Below, piece after piece: positions 62,200 to 64,000 of a stretch of DNA of 64,000 nucleotides. Below the pieces are notes generated by a model. The model did not search any database, was not told where the DNA came from, and was given only the letters and a program-made list of their open reading frames with translations. Made by a program: the position numbers and the translations under genes. Origin of the DNA: Euglena gracilis (lineage: Eukaryota); the NCBI GenBank assembly GCA_039621445.1, contig CP154954.1:22704954-22768953 (forward strand). Reading direction: 5' to 3'. Each line of letters opens with the position of its first letter. Positions within the stretch are counted from its first letter, which is position 1.

Positions 62200-64000
62200 A
62201 TTTTGCCCAAACAATCAGCCTCCACGGAGGTCGGCTTGCCTCGACAAGGGAGGAAGGGACACCGAGGGCTTCCGCTCCCGAAGGCTCCGCACTTTGCCTT
62301 TGTGAGGCCAGATTGTGCACTGAAAAAAGGGGGGCCAGGGCATTCTCCAAAGCAGCTTTGGGCACCAAGTCTTTGAAAGTGGGCTTTGAAAGCCTCCACC
62401 CCCTTCCGCTGACCAATTTCAAAAACTTCTTGGGCAGAAAAGCCCGATTTTTTGAGTGAACCAACCCCTTCCCCTCTGATGGAGTGGGGTCCCCACACCT
62501 GGGGGGATACCACATGCTGGGCCAAAAAGTTTTTGGTTATAGAAGCAATGGCGTCAACCTTAATGTCTTTATGGGGGGTTTTCATGAAATCAGAAGGGGG
62601 CCCCCAGGTTTCACAAAGAAACGTGGTGCATCAACATTAGACATCATCAAATGACAGGGACTGATTTGGGGGCACTGGGGAATAGAGACAACCCTCTCCC
62701 ACTTGTGAATTTTTTGACCTTTACGTTTGATTTTGATGTAGGGTGCCCCCCCAAACATGCTGGTGGTTCTTTGGACCTGTGCCAAATCAGGAGATCGATA
62801 TAAACAGAGGATTCGTGAACAGAAAATGAGTTGTGTACGTAATGTACACATATAAGAGGGCAGGGAGGATTGCGCCAGCCCCAGGAGGATTGGGAGGGGA
62901 TCCCAGAATGCACCATATTTTTCCAAATTTTGGTTCCAAAGCCTTTTATAGGGTTCCAACATGGCATGGAACCTCAGGCCACCAAAGCCAGGGATCAAAA
63001 GCATAGCACTGTATGCATTGCGTGCTTGGGCCTTTGAAAAGTGAAACAGTTGAATTAAAGCGTCAACCACTTGGTAAGTGGTGGCTTCAGGGAGGCGGGT
63101 ACCCCCGTTTTGTCCAAAATCACCCATAAAAGCGTAAAGGCGCTTTGATAACGCTTTGAAATGGGGTTTCTTCCCAGGAAATTGTTAATGGTTGTATTTT
63201 GTATTTAATTCCCCTCCAGAATTTGCCTGAGCAAATCATGCAAAGCAGGGGCCACCTGGCGGGTGGCATTTTCTCCCCCCCCTGCAATTGGAGAACATAC
63301 CCATGTTAGGGGTGGTTTTCAGGCAGGGGGTGCCTGGTACTTTCATTTTTGTTAACTGGGGCCACCATGTGGCTGAATCCCAGTAGGGGTGACCATAAAA
63401 ACTTTGGCCTGTGGAAACATTTTTAATCTGGGGAGAAATTTTGGATTACAGACCAGGGGGGGTTTGCATAAAGATCCTCCATGTTGTCCAGTGGACATTG
63501 TAATGCATCTACGGCTGTGGCCACCAAGTGGGGCCACCTGGCCACAAATTGTGGCAGTTTTTTGTTGCCTGGTGAGGCAAAAAGGTCTGTTTTTAGGCTT
63601 ATATATTTTTTGTACTGCTGCCTCAGTTATTGAAAAAGATGGGGGTCCAGGGATTACCCCCCCTGTCCATTTCCCACCTGCTTATGGGGTCTGCCAGGCA
63701 TTCCCTTGAAGGGACCCATTTTACTTGCAGGTTTATGTTGTGCTCCATGCACCATTTGAAAAAGGGTCTTAGCACGGAATTGAAGGGGTCTTTTCTGCCC
63801 CCCCCCCCCCTTTGTTAAGTAATAGTAAATTAATTTATTGTCCACTGACAGGGACACAGTTTCTCCTGGTTGGCTGAGACTTTTTACTGTGCTTATTGCT
63901 TCACTTAATTATTTGACGTTCATGTGCAAAATGGAGTGTTCCCTCCAAAATTCCTACACAATTTTGCATGTTCGAATGCCCAGCCCCCCCCCCCCCCAGG
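62200..64000 (-). pseudogene. Decayed DIRS-like retrotransposon: RNase H - adenine MTase - tyrosine recombinase; continues beyond right edge
   Basis: RNase H (about 63660-64000): HMNVK*L, SVDNKLIYYYLTKGGG, WVPSRECLADPISR. MTase (about 63200-63660): TDLFASPGNKKLPQF...AVDAL...LYANPPW. YR (about 62200-63200): LYRSPDL, WGPHSIRG, AFKAHF. Multiple stops and frameshifts. Confidence 0.88.

Overview
Intron-rich, repeat-rich eukaryotic nuclear DNA, most likely from a euglenid. This is inferred from canonical introns with GTGTG/GTGCG donors mixed with many non-GT-AG stem-closed introns that match the euglenid nonconventional type. Host genes reconstructed by eye: a BRCT + Pol X (DNA polymerase lambda-like) gene (-, C-terminus not in the window), a multi-exon hypothetical gene (+), a mitochondrial phosphate-carrier-like gene (+), a Nudix-fold protein lacking the Nudix box (+), and a type I membrane EGF-repeat protein (+). 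Two results stand out. (1) At 1-4496 (-) is an intronless tyrosine-recombinase element ordered cold-shock domain ... 2A - DNA adenine methyltransferase - 2A - Gag-like Zn knuckle - tyrosine recombinase, headed by duplicated perfect hairpins. The methyltransferase is bracketed by two StopGo/2A peptides, and neither the upstream 2A nor the recombinase appears in the ORF track. (2) About 13 nonconventional introns have the layout 3 nt + inverted-repeat-bounded element + 5 nt. The 3+5 = 8 nt equals the perfect 8-bp target-site duplications of CA(G/T)-ended hAT-like MITEs in the same window, and several introns still carry 5-7/8 of such a duplication. This suggests these introns are domesticated hAT MITE insertions. 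A decayed conventional DIRS-type element (RNase H - MTase - YR) occupies the right edge. All splice models are manual and lack transcript support, and homopolymer indels may be assembly errors.
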